From: Mustelus asterias
Lineage: Eukaryota
Reading direction: 5' to 3'
DNA length: 64,000 nt
Assembly (NCBI RefSeq): GCF_964213995.1
Contig: NW_027590192.1
Location: 620,001 to 684,000, forward strand
Below, piece by piece: positions 49,801 through 62,021 of the stretch. The first letter of the stretch is position 1. Each line of letters begins with the position of its first letter. The position numbers and the translations under genes were made by a program. The notes beneath the pieces were generated by a model, which saw only the letters and a program-made list of their open reading frames with translations, had not been told where the DNA came from and did not search any database.

Positions 49801-51534
49801 TGGGCTGAATTTTGGATTCTGTAGTTTTCCCTCAGCTGATTATTAAGATGTCTATATGGCACAAATACAATACCTGGTCTTGGTGATTCGAGGAGTAACA
49901 TTCCGTCAGTTTATGTTCCGCACTTGTAACTGAGACAAGTGTTGTCGGTATTTCTGTTTTTCAACTTAAAATTTACGGCATAATTATAGTTGTAAAATGA
50001 TTGTATCTTGGAGTTTCACCTGAATTTAATGTATAAATAAGTACATTTTCATGAAACATATTCACAATTGTTCATTTTCCTGTATCTTGAAGTCCTGTGT
50101 TCTTTTTCTGGTTCTTGTTACAATTGTACATATATTGGACAGCTCAGAGCGCAAGTGTTCATTCTCAGTGCAAAGTTCAATCTTCATTTTCCCTTTTGTG
50201 AGCTTTAAAATAGACTTTTCTGTAAAATGTTCTCTGAAATTTTTATTAAATCTTGAATGAAATATGAACAAAATAATCTTCGAGCGAGGATGTAAAATCT
50301 CGCCCTAATTCAATGAAAGAATTGCTGCGCCACGCAGCGACCTATGCTGTAAATATATCTTTACCTCTGCCTTTTTATGATAAAGTCCAATGATTGAACA
50401 GCGAGAACCTCGATGATTTCGCTTCTAACTGGTCTGTCACTGTCACATGCCAGGTAATTATGAACAGCACGAACTCTGCTTCATCATAGACCGATGCAGG
50501 ACATTGTGGGAGAAATAGTTTCCTTTACAATGTCCCACCAAGCACGGCCGGTGTCGCTGCATCGTGGCTTGACTGAGTGAATCTCTATATTCCCCGATGA
50601 AATGCTCACAAGAAATGCGTACCGCAGACTAGAATATAACACAAACAGAACAGGGGTGCAAAACATAAAGTGGCCCAAGTGACTGAGGTGTATTTCACAC
50701 TAACATATCATCGAATGCAAACTTCCAAATAAAAGGGCTGATGAGATTTACCAGAGTAAAATATTGATGAAATTCTTGAAACCTGGGGTGTATCTGACAC
50801 AGTTCAGTGCAAACCGTGGGAATTGTTCCCAGGCTGGGCCTTACTGATACAGAGATTTCAGCTTCGCATTTTGTTTAAAATATACAGGCAGATACATTGT
50901 TCTCCCACAGTTCAATTAGATAGTGAAAGGGTCCACTGTCAAGAAAGTACAATGGCTGTCTGCTTCCACCATTATGGTTGTAATCACTGCCTTCTGTATC
51001 CATGATGCATTTCTCCCTCTTCAGCTCCACTTCCTTTGATGCTAACGCCCAGAACTCATGAGGATCACTCCAGGGATCCTCTCTCCCTGCTCCATTGTCT
51101 CTGATGCCATCTCACTAAACTGACTGAGCAACACCTCAGAGTTGCAGAGCAGTTCCTTCAACAATTTTTCAGCGATTCCTTCGAAGACTTCCTGTTACAG
51201 GAATTTCAGCAAAAATAAAACTCTGTTGGGAATCCCAGTATCTTCCAATGTTTTCATTCTACTGTGAGGCAATTGATCCTCTGCAGACTTGAGGTGCAGG
51301 CATGTTGTTATTTGACGTTTAATATCACAAATTACAAGGAGGAAAGAATTCAATGTGTTCCATTGTCTGTGGGTCTTCAGTCGATGGTAGCATTAATAGG
51401 AAGGCAGATTATTAATTGAAATGACCTCAATTGAGAGAGACGGATAATCAGCGAGACCTTGGTTTCCTCGTGCATCAGTCGCTGAAAATAGGCATGCAGG
51501 TACAGCAAGCAGTGAGAAGACAGACTGCATGTCA

Positions 51535-54165
51535 GACCATCAGACCATTAGACCATTAGATTTAGGAGCAGAATTAGGCCATTCGGCCCAAGGAGACTGC
51601 TCCTGCATTCAATCGTGGCAACTATGATTCTCATCCACACTCTCCTGCCTTCTCCCCAGAACTCTTGATCCCCTTATCCATCAAGAACCTATCTATCTCT
51701 GTCTGAAAGACGCTCAGTGACCTGACCGCCACAGCCCTCTATGACAATGAGTTCCACAGATTCACCACTCTCAAGCTGAGGAAATTCCTTCTTCTCTCAG
51801 TTTTAAAGGAGCGTCTCTTCACTCTGACTTTGTGCCCTCGAGTTCTCGTCGCTCTCACAACTGGAAACATTCCCTCCACGTTCACTCTAACCAGGCCCCT
51901 CAGTATTCTGTAAGTTTCAACGAGATCCCTCCAGATCCTTCTAAGCTCCATCGAGTATAGGCGCAGACTCCTCAACCACACCTCATATGAAAAACCCTTC
52001 ATTCCTGGGATCATTCTTGTGAACCTCCTCTGGTGCCCCTCCAAGGCCAGCGCATGCTTCCTAAGGTATAGGGCCCAAAACTGTTCACACGATTTCAAAT
52101 AGTGTCTGACCAGAGCCTTATATACCCTCAATAGTACATCCCTGCTCTTATATTCTAGCCCTGTAGAAATGAATGCAAATGTTGAATTTGCCTTCTCAAC
52201 TGCCAACTGAACCTGCATGTTAACAATCAGAGAGCCCTGAGCTAGGACTCCTAAGTCCACTTGTGCACAGATTTCGGAAGCCTTTCCCAATCGAGAAAAT
52301 TTTCTATGCCTCTATTCTTCCTACTAAAGTGCATAATCTCACACTTGTATTCCATATTATACTTCCTTGCCCATTCTCCTATCCTATCCAAGTCATTCTG
52401 CAGCCTCCCCATGTCCTGAACACTCCCTGTCTCTCTACATATCTTTGTGTGATCCACAAATTTAGCAACCATGCCCTCAGTTCCATCTTACAGATCATTA
52501 ATGTATATCGTGAAAAGTTGGGGTCACAGCACTGACCTCTGTGGAACACCACGAGTCACCCTCGGACTCCATTACCCCCACTCTCTGCCTTATGACTGTC
52601 AGCCAATCTTCTATCTATGTCAGTACATTACCTCCAATAAAATTTGGCTTTTGCTCATTTAGCAGCCTCATGTAAGGTACCTTGTCAAAGGCTTTCTGGA
52701 ACTCCAAATAAATCACGTCCACTGGCTCTCCTTTGTCTAATTTCTTCATTCCCGCCTCAAAAAACTCAAAAACATTTGTCAGACATGACCTCCACTTAAC
52801 GAAGCCAAGCTGAAGCAGCCCTATTTTACCATGCATTTCCAGGTAGTCCGCAATTTCATCCTTAATAATGGACTCCAAGATCTTACCCACCACCGAGATT
52901 AGGCTAACTGGCCTATAATTTCCCATCTTCTGCCTCTCTTCCTTCTCAAAAAGGGCTGTTACATTAGCATTATCCCAGTCCTCTTGGACCTTCCCTGACT
53001 CCAGTTATCCCTGAAAGATCACCACCAATGCCTCCACAATCTCCTCAGCTATCCACTTCAGATCCTGGGGTGTAGTCAATTCAATCGTGGTGATTCATAA
53101 ACCTTCAGACCTTTCAGCTTCCCTTTAGTGATGGCCATTACATTTACTTCTGCCCCCTGACTTTCTTGAAGTTTCGGCATGTTACTGGTGTCTTCCAACG
53201 TGAAGACTGAAACACAGTACCCATTCTGTTCCTTTGTCATTTTTTTGTCCCCGATTACTACTTCTCCAGCTGTCCAATGTCCATCCCTGACTCTCTCTTA
53301 CCTTTTATATATCTAAGAAAAAACTCATGCAATCTTCTGTGACATTACTAGCGAGCTTACCACCATATTTCATCTTTTCACCCTTTTTGTTTTTTTTTTC
53401 TAGTAGTCCTCTGCTTGCCTTTAAAGGATTCCCAATCCTTTAGCTTCCCACTATTTCTCGCCTCACGGTATTCTCTTTCCTTTGCTTTTATGCTATCGCC
53501 TTCTTCCCTTGTCAGCCATGGTGGCCTCGTCGTCCCCTCAACATGCTTCCTCTTTCTTGGAATACATTTATGATGTGCCTTCTGAATTGTCCCCCCAAAC
53601 CCCTGCCACGGTTGTTCCACAGTCTTTCCTGCTAGGCATCCTGTCCAAACAAATCTGGCCAGTTCCTCCCTTACGGCCTTGTAGGTGCCTTTACTCAATT
53701 GTAGCACCGTTTTATCCGATTTCAAAGTTTCCCCCTTAAACTGCAAGGTGAATTCAATCATATTGCTATCAATACCCCTTAGGCGTTCCTTCAACTTAAG
53801 TTCCCTGATCAAGATTGCCTCATTACACATTACCAGACCCAGAAGTGCCTGTTCTGGCACAAGCTGCTCCAAAAACAAACACCGCATCGACATTCCACAA
53901 TTTGTTTTATCTTCGGATCCGCTACCAACTTCATTTTCCCAGTCTACCTGCACATTGAAATCCCCCATGCTCTCTGTAATATTGCCTTTCTTCCATGCCT
54001 TTTTTATCTCCTGACATATTTTCTGTCCGACTTACTGACGACGGCTGGGAGTCCTGTACATAACTCCCATCTGGATCATTTTCCCAATTGCAATTCCTCA
54101 ACTCCACCACACAGATTCTATGCCGTCCGACCCTATATCCCTTCTTGCTAATGATTTAATTTCGT
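51535..54165 (-). mobile_element. CR1-type LINE ORF2 (EN-RT), degenerate
   Basis: 'MGDFN...', 'GNYRPVSLISVVGKILE...FQKAFDKVP', 'KFVDHTKI', 'RVVNLWNSL'. Confidence 0.9.
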
Positions 54166-54167
54166 TT

Positions 54168-54491
54168 CATAGAATCATATAATCCTGCAGTGCAGAAGGA
54201 GCCCATTCGGCCCAACGAGTTTGTACGGACCACAATACCATCCAGGCCCTATCCCCGTAAAACCACGCATTTACCCTAGCTATTCCCCTTGACACTAAGG
54301 GGCAATGTAGCATGGCCAATCCACCTAACTTCACATCTTCGGACTGTGGGAGGAAACCAGAGAACCCAGAAGAAACCAACGCAGACACAGGGAGAATGTA
54401 CAAAGTGCACACAGACAGTCACTCAAGCCGGGAATCGAACCCGGGTCCCTGGCACTGTCGGCCACAGTGCTAAACACTGTGCCACCGTGCT
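54168..54491 (-). mobile_element. HE1-type V-SINE
   Basis: Head, core and tail on minus strand; forms a divergent pair with 54583-54895. Confidence 0.85.
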
Positions 54492-54582
54492 GTGTTTCTT
54501 ACCAACATGGCATGTTGGCCTTGATAGCGAGAGGTAGTGTGCATGATTATCCGAATCTCGATGTTACAGCCATATTGTCACT

Positions 54583-54895
54583 GGGGCGGCATGGTAGCAC
54601 AATGGTTAGCACGGCTACCCCTAGGCGCCAGGGACCCGGGTTCGATTCCTGTCTTAGGTGACTATTTGTGCGGAGTTTGCACATTCTCCTCGTGTCTGCG
54701 TGGGTTTCCTCTGGGTGCTCCGGTTTCCTCCCACAGTCCGAAGATGCGCGACGTACGTTGATTGGCAATGATAAATTGCCCCTTAGTATCAGGGGACAAA
54801 CTGGGATAAATGCACAAGGTTATGGAGATCGGGCCTGGATTGGATTGTGATCAGAGGAAAAACGATGGGCCGAATGGCCTCGGTCTACAGTGGAG
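54583..54895 (+). mobile_element. HE1-type V-SINE
   Basis: 'gggcggcatggtagcacaatggttagcacggct...cccgggttcgattcc'. Confidence 0.85.
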
Positions 54896-55424
54896 GATCA
54901 GATAATTCCATTTGAGTATAGAAATAGGAATGCTGTGCTGCAGTTGTATGGGGCGTTGATGATGTCACACCTGGAGACAACAAACTGGCTCTGCAATAAA
55001 GTCAATTCATCAAAGAGCGTGGACTTCCTGGTCAATAGAAACAGATAATTCTTCTTTCTCACCCCGCACTGTAATTCGTAATTATAATTCAAAGAGGGCA
55101 GAAGAAGCGATGTTTCCATTTACGGATAACTAGCTCACCACCTTCTGGTTTTACAGCATCATTTGTAACAGACAGAATTGAGCTGAGAACATTCTGAGAG
55201 ACATCAGCAGATTATCAAGGGCAGAATTTCGAACGGGTGACTTAAAATGTTCGACTCTCCTTTTCGAGAGAGGACAGCGACAATACGGCTACTTCGCGCG
55301 TGAGTCGTGTGGGGAGCATTTCTGACAGTTGATTGTGGTCCAGTGACATTGGTTCTTTCCTTAAATTATCGAATAATTTTCGCATACACTGGCCAGATTT
55401 CTTCATATTTTAAAGTAGAGGCGC

Positions 55425-58400
55425 AGAGTTATAGAGGTTTACAGGATGGAAACAGGCCCTTCGGCCCAACTTGTCCATGCCTCCCTTTTTTAAAACCCCT
55501 AAGCTAGTCGCAATTTCCCGCATTTGGCCCATATCCCTCTCTCCTCATGTAACTGCCAAAACGCTTTTTAAAAGACAAAATTCGACCCGCCCCTACTACT
55601 GCCTCTGGCAGCTTGTTCCAGACACTCACCACCCTCTGTGTGAAACAATTGCCCCTCTGGACCCCTTTGTATGTCTCCCCTTTCACCTTAAACCTATGCC
55701 CTCTAGTTTTAGACTTCCCCATATTTGGGAAAATGTATTGACTATCGAGCTGATCTATACCCCTCATTACTTTATAGACCTCCATAAGATCATCCCTCAC
55801 CTCATAGAAATCATAGAAACCCTACAGTGTAGAAAGAGGCCATTCGGCCCATCGAGTCTACACCGACCACAATCCCACCCAAGCCCTACCCCCATATCCA
55901 CCCGCTAATCCCTCTAACCTACCCATCTCAAGACACTAAGGGGCAATTTTAGCACGGCCAATCAACCTAACCCGCACATCTTTGGACTGTGGGAGGAAAC
56001 CGGAGCACCCGGAGGAAACCCACGCAGACACGAGGAGAATGTGCAAACTCCACACAGACAGTGACCCAAGCCGGGAATCGAACCCAGGTCCCTGGAGCTG
56101 TGAAGCAGCAGTGCTAACCACTGTGCTACCGTGCCGCCCTTTCTAAGCTCCAGAGAAAAAGGTCCCAGTCTATCCAGTCTCTCCTTATAACTCAAACTAT
56201 CAAGTCCCGGTAGCATCCTAGATAACCTCTTTAGCACTCTTTCTATTTTAATAATATTCTTTATATAATAGGCTGACCAGAAATTTGCACAGTATTCCAC
56301 GTGTGGCCTTCCCAATGTCTTGTACAACTTCAACAAGACGTCCCAACTCCTGTATTCAATGTTCTGACCAATGAAACCAAGCATGTGGAATGCCTTCTTC
56401 ACCACTCTGTCCACCTGTGACTCCACTGTCAAGGAGCTATGAACCTGTACACCTCGTTCTCTTTGTTCTGTAACTCCCTCCAACGCCCTACGATTAACTG
56501 AGTAAGTCCTGCCCTTGTTCAATCTACAAAAATGCATCACCTGGCATTTATCCAAATTAAACTCCATCTGCCATTCGTCAGCCCACTGGCCCAATTGATC
56601 AGGATCCCGTTGCAATCCGAGATAACCTTCCCCACTTTCCAATATGCCAGCAATCTTGGTGTCATCTGGAAAGTTACTAACCTTGCCTCCTCCTATATTT
56701 TCATCCAAATCATTAATATAAATATCAGAGGACCCAACACCGATCCCTGAGCCACACCTCAGGTCACAGGCCTCCAGTTTGAAAAACAACCCTCTCCAAC
56801 CACCGTATGGCTTCTGTCATCAAGCCAATTTTGTATCCATTCAGGTACCCCACCCTGGATCCCGTGAGATTTTAATCTTATGCAACAATCTACCATGCGG
56901 TACCTTGTCAAAGGCCTTGCTAAAGTCCATGTAGACAACACCAACTGCACGGCCCTCATCTACCTTCTTGGTTACCATTTCAAAAAACTCAATCAAATTT
57001 GTGAGACATGACTTTCCACTCACAAAGCCATACTGACTGTCCCTAATCTGTTGTTGCGTCTCTAAATGCCTGTAGACTCTGTCTCTCAAAATAACTTGCA
57101 ACAACTTATCCAGCACAGATGTGAGGCTCACCGGCCAGTAGTTCCCAGGCTGTTCCCTGCAGCCCATTTTGAACAAAGGGACAACATTTGCGACCCTCCA
57201 ATCTTCAGGCACCTCACCTGTGACTATCGACGATTCAAATATCTCTGTAGGGGACCTGCAATTTCCTCCCCTGCCTTCCACAATGTCCTGGGATACACTT
57301 CATTAGGTCCCGGGGATTTACCTACCTTGATGGACTTTATGACTTCCAGCACCTCCTTCTCTGTAATATGTGCGCGCCTCAAGACATCACCATTTATGTC
57401 CTCTAGTTCTCTAACATCCATGCTTTTCTCAACAGTAAATACTGATGAGAAATATTCATTTAGGATCTCAACCATCTCTTGTGAATCCGCACATAGATGA
57501 CGTTGTTGATCTTTAAGAGGCCATACTCTCTCGCTAGTTACTCTTTTGGCCTTTATGTATTTGCAGAAGCTCTTTGGATTCTTCTTTGCCTTATCTGCCA
57601 AATCAATCCCTTGTCCCCTTTTTGCCCTCCTGATTTCTCTCTTAACTCTACTCCTACATCCTCTAGACTATTCAAGGGATTCACTTGATCCCAGCTGCCT
57701 ATGCATGTCATGTGCCTCCTTCTTCTTTTTGACCAGGTCCTCAATATCCCGAGTCATCCAGGGTTCCCTACTTCTACTAGTCTTGCCCTTCACTCTTAAG
57801 AGGAATGTGCTTACTCTGAAAGCTGGTTAACACACTTTTGAAAGCCTCCCACTTACCAGATGTCCCTTTGCTTCCCCACATACTCCCCAATTAACGTTTG
57901 AATGTTGCTGCCTGTTATCATCAAAATTGGCCTTACCCCAATTTAGAATTATAACTTTTGGGCCAGACCTATCATTCTCCATAGCTATCTTAAAACTAAT
58001 AAAATGATGGTCACTGGTCCCCAAATGATCCCTCACTAACACTTCTGTCACCTGCCCTTCTTTATTTTCCAAGAGGGCATCAAGTTTTGCCCCCTCTCTA
58101 GTCGGATCATCCACATACTGAATGAAAAATTCCTCCTGACTACACTCAACAAATTTCTCTCCATTCAACCCACTAATACTAAGGCTGTCCCAGTCAATGT
58201 TGTGAAAGTTAAAATCCATTAATATTGCCGTCCTATTTTTCTTGGAGCTATCTGTAATCTCCTTACGTATATGCTCCTCAATTTCGCGCTGTCTATTTGG
58301 GGGCCTAAAGTACAACCCTATCACAGTGATTTTCCTCTTATTATTTATCAGTTCTACCCATATACACTCAGTGGCCGAACCCTCGGATATATCCCCTCTC

Positions 58401-59605
58401 AGTACTGCTGTGATGTTCTCCCTAATCAAAAGTGCCACCCCTCTCCTCTCTTACCTCCTGTTCTATCTTTCCTCTAGCATCTGTACCCTTGAACATTGAG
58501 CTGCCAGTCCTGTCCCTCCCTTAGCCATGTTTCAGCAATTGCTATAATATCCCAGTCCCAAGGACCCATCCGTGCCTTGAGTTCTTCTGTCTTGCCCGTC
58601 AGGACTCTTGCATTGAAATAAATGCAGTTTAATCTGGACTTCCCTCGCTCTCTGCTCTGCGTTTGCCTGATGTGTCTGGTACTAGGATGACTGACAATGC
58701 CTTTACTACTTAATGTGCTCTCTTTAACTTCTGTGCTGTCCTCAACGTTCTCTTCTGTCTCCCTACTGCTTTGGGTCCCACCCCCCTGGCACTAGTTTAA
58801 ACCCTCCCGAGCGGCTCTTGCAAATCTCCCCCCACTAGGGTATTAGTCCCCCTCCAGTTCAGGTGTAACCCATCCCTCTTGAACAGGTCACCCTTTCCCC
58901 AGAAGAGATCCCTGCCCCTGCACCAGCTCTCAAGCCACGCATTCGGCTGCCTAATCTTCCTATTCCCACCGACACGTGGCACCGATAGTAGTCCAGAAAT
59001 TACAAACTTCGAGGTCCTGCACTATAGCCTTCTGCCTAACTCTCTATATGCACACTTCAGGACCTCATCCCTTTTACTATCTATGTCGTGGATACCAATA
59101 TGTACAACGACGTTTGGCTGGTCACCCTCCTCCTTAAGAATGTCCTGCAACTGCTCAGAGACGTCCTTGACCCTGGCATCCTGGAGTCTCGATCGCAGCC
59201 ACAGAAACGCCTGTCTGTGCCTCCACCTAGCAATTCCCCTATTACTGCAGCTCACTTGCTCTTTGCCCAACCCTGTGCGACAGCAGAACCAGGTTTGGTG
59301 CGTCAGGGCAGGCTGCTGCTGGGATCTTCCCCTTACAGGCTATCCCCTTCAAAACGATATACCTGCTTGAAAGGGGAATAGCCACTGGAGACTCCTGCAC
59401 CTCCTGTCTGCCTCACCTGGCGGTCACCCATCTACCTGACTGAAGCTGTGATGTGACAACCTCCTTGTAACCTATGCCCACCACACTCTCTGCCTCCCGT
59501 ATGCTTCGCAGTGCATCCACCTGCTGCTCCAACCGAACAATGTGGTCTGTGAGGATCTGCAACACTTCCTGCACACATAGTTATCAGGGAGACTAGATTG
59601 CTCCC
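55425..59605 (-). mobile_element. Near full-length CR1 LINE (ORF1 SGNH-esterase-like + ORF2 EN-RT), frameshifted
   Basis: ORF1 'ARVKDVSEQLQDILKEEGDQPNVVVHIGIHDI', 'RDGLHLNWRG'; EN 'GLYFRPP...MDFN...SDH'; RT 'DFSKAFDKVPH', 'FPDDTK'. Confidence 0.9.
55803..56139 (-). mobile_element. Young full-length HE1-type V-SINE inserted in CR1
   Basis: Near-consensus head, core and (tttctatga)n tail. Confidence 0.92.
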
Positions 59606-59610
59606 TAATT

Positions 59611-60015
59611 TTTGATTTGATTTGATTTATTATTGTCAGAAATATGAACATATAGTGAAAAGTATTGTTTCCTGCGCGCTATACAGACAAAACATACCAT
59701 TCATAGAGAAGGAAACGAGAGAGTGCAGAATGTAGTGTTACAGTCATTGCTGGGGTGCAGAGAAAGATCAACTTGATGCAAGGAAAGTCCTTTCAAAAGT
59801 GTGTCAGCAGCAGGGAAGAAGCTGTTCTTGAGTCAGTTGGTACGTGACCTCAGACTTTTGTATCTTTTTCCCGAAGAAAGAAGGTGGAAGAGAGAATGTC
59901 CGGGGTGCATGGGCTCCTTAATTATGCTGGCTGCGTTGCCGAGGCATCGGCAAATGTAAAGAAAGTCAATGAATGGGAGGCTGGTTGGCCTGATGTATTG
60001 GCCTACATTCACCAC
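59611..60015 (-). mobile_element. Rex1-like element 3' end
   Basis: 'AASIIKEPMHPGHSLFHLLSSGKRYKSLRSRTN'; (atttg)n tail; same family as 12990-15040. Confidence 0.85.
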
Positions 60016-60230
60016 CTAATTTCCCACATCTGGCAGGAGGACCATACCACTGCCCCAACTGTCATACTGCCTTCAAACAGGTAAAAGGATAAAATAATCT
60101 CAGCCCACCTTTCCCTTGATTGTAGCCCTCCCAAAGTCTTTTTTTTTGGTTCGAGGAAAAGGTAGGCACGGAAACACTGAAGTAGCGTTTGGCGTTTAGC
60201 TGTCCCTTTACAACAGCTCCTCCACAGACT

Positions 60231-60568
60231 ACCTTCTGGTCGCAGTGACTGCGACAATGCAAATCTTACCTGCAACAGACAATCAGCCCCGCCACTCTGC
60301 TGCCCTCACCTGGACACTTACCTTCACACGAATATGGAGCGTCCCTTCCGGACGTCCACCTTCTGGTCGCAGTGACTGCGTTGATGCAAATCTCACCTGC
60401 AACAGCCAATCAGCTCCGCCGCTCTGCTGCCCTCACCTGGAAACTTGCTTCACACAAAGATGGAGGGTGCCTTCCGGACGTCCACCTTCTGGTCGCAATG
60501 ACAGCGCTGATGCAAATCTTACCTGCAACAACCAATCAGTTCCGTCGCTCTGCTGCCCTGACCTGGAC
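60231..60568. repeat. Tandem repeat, ~126-bp unit x ~2.7
   Basis: 'accttctggtcgca(g/a)tgac' at 60231, 60358, 60484. Confidence 0.9.
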
Positions 60569-60596
60569 GTGATGATCTTTTCATGTCCTTGTGAAG

Positions 60597-60891
60597 GAGA
60601 TTCTGTCACCCAGCCGCCCTCATTAGATATAAAGAAAGAATGAGATGCAGTGATATTGACCAGTACGCATAATACTACAGTGAAGAACTATATATCATGC
60701 TGGTACCGACAATACCCAGATACACAGCCCGAGTTTGTATTCTTGAAAAACTCCTGGGATTCTGCGGTCAAAGCATATTTTGCCAAAATCCCTTTCTCTG
60801 CTGAGCTCCAGATTGAGAATAAATTTACCAGATTAACAAGCTCTGGGCTGGAGGAGAATGACTCTGCCTTGCATTACTGTGCTATCAGTCT
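60597..60891 (+). pseudogene. TCR alpha/delta-type V segment pseudogene (no leader visible)
   Basis: DSVTQPPSLDIKKE*DAVILTS(C->S)THNTTVKNYISCWYRQYPDTQPEFVFLKNSWDS...FSAELQIENKFTRLTSSGLEENDSALHYCAIS; in-frame TGA. Confidence 0.85.
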
Positions 60892-60930
60892 CACAGTTTT
60901 AGCATTCAATCTGATCACCGTACAAGAACT
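60892..60930 (+). promoter_or_regulatory. 23-bp-spacer RSS
   Basis: CACAGTT + 23 nt (ttagcattcaatctgatcaccgt) + ACAAGAACT. Confidence 0.88.
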
Positions 60931-61649
60931 GTCGGCGGGAGTTGCTATGTACTGCAGGTCATATAGAATCGGAGATGGCTGCAACTACAATGTTCAGCGG
61001 CGATTCCATGTACCAGAATACTCAACGAAATGAACCAAAATTAACCTGGGATCAAACTGTAATCTAACGGTAAGCAGCAGGGGCTAAGTAATCAAACTGC
61101 AGAACCCAATAGAACAAAGACACAGCGCAGTGCCACAATGACACCCCTCACCCCTACCTTCAATAATTTCCTGTCTTGTCAGACTGATCGATCGTGAGCT
61201 GGATATCAGTGAATGGAAATAGGCTGTGTTAGAGGGCAATGTCCTGACCATGGAAATACACCCACTGTTGGAGAGCGGGAGTGGGAATGTAAGCATCCTC
61301 TTTTAAATTGGCACTGTCGCTAATAAAACAGATTTAAAACCAATCATCGCACTCAACCAAACATACTGAAGGCCATCTGTGTAGATGAGAATTTGTACTC
61401 AATTTCCCGGTGGCCCGCAGACTGTGGATTTCGTCAGTTGCAATAATAAAAATAACCAGAAAATGTAAGAACATTTCACCAGCATCCGTTAGCCTTTTGA
61501 GAATTCAGTGGATTCTCAGAGAGAAGACCATTTGCCATGCATCGCAAGCGAGGGAACAACTCACGCTTGGCATGTTTACTGTTGAATGGAGATCACTGGA
61601 TCACATTGCACTCGGGCAGGAGAACGGTAATTTTCCTCATCATAGTTCA

Positions 61650-61935
61650 CCATTCCACAGTGAGAGAACCTGAACGGTTTCCCATCAGTGCACATATGTT
61701 GATGTGACAACAGATTGCAGGAGCTTTGATCGCGTTTCCCGCAGTCTGGGCATTTAAATGGTCTGTCAGTTGTGTGAATTCGCTGGTGTCTCAGCAGGAT
61801 GGGTGCTTGACTCGATCCCTTCCACCTTTGGAGCAGATGTAAGGTCCCTTGTGAGTGTGAACTCGCTGGTGTCCCCGCAGACGAGAAGAGTGAGTGAATC
61901 ATTTCCCACACAGAGCAGCTGAATGGCATTAATGT
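61650..61935 (-). pseudogene. C2H2 zinc-finger gene relic
   Basis: 'PFSCSVW...', 'LLRHQRIHTTDRPFKCPDCGKR...LLSHQHMCTDGKPFRFSHCG'; degenerate TGEKP linkers and frameshifts. Confidence 0.8.
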
Positions 61936-62021
61936 CACACCGCGTTAATGAAACACCTGTGAAATTCAGAGACAATGAATGGCCGGACGATTACTACTTG
62001 CTCTGAATTCTCCTGACTTGG

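Noticed and set aside
55425-59605. Potentially active CR1
   Set aside because: ORF2 is broken into several frames and interrupted by a SINE.
60231-60568. Repeat array as CRISPR-like
   Set aside because: Vertebrate context; whole units repeat, with no unique spacers.
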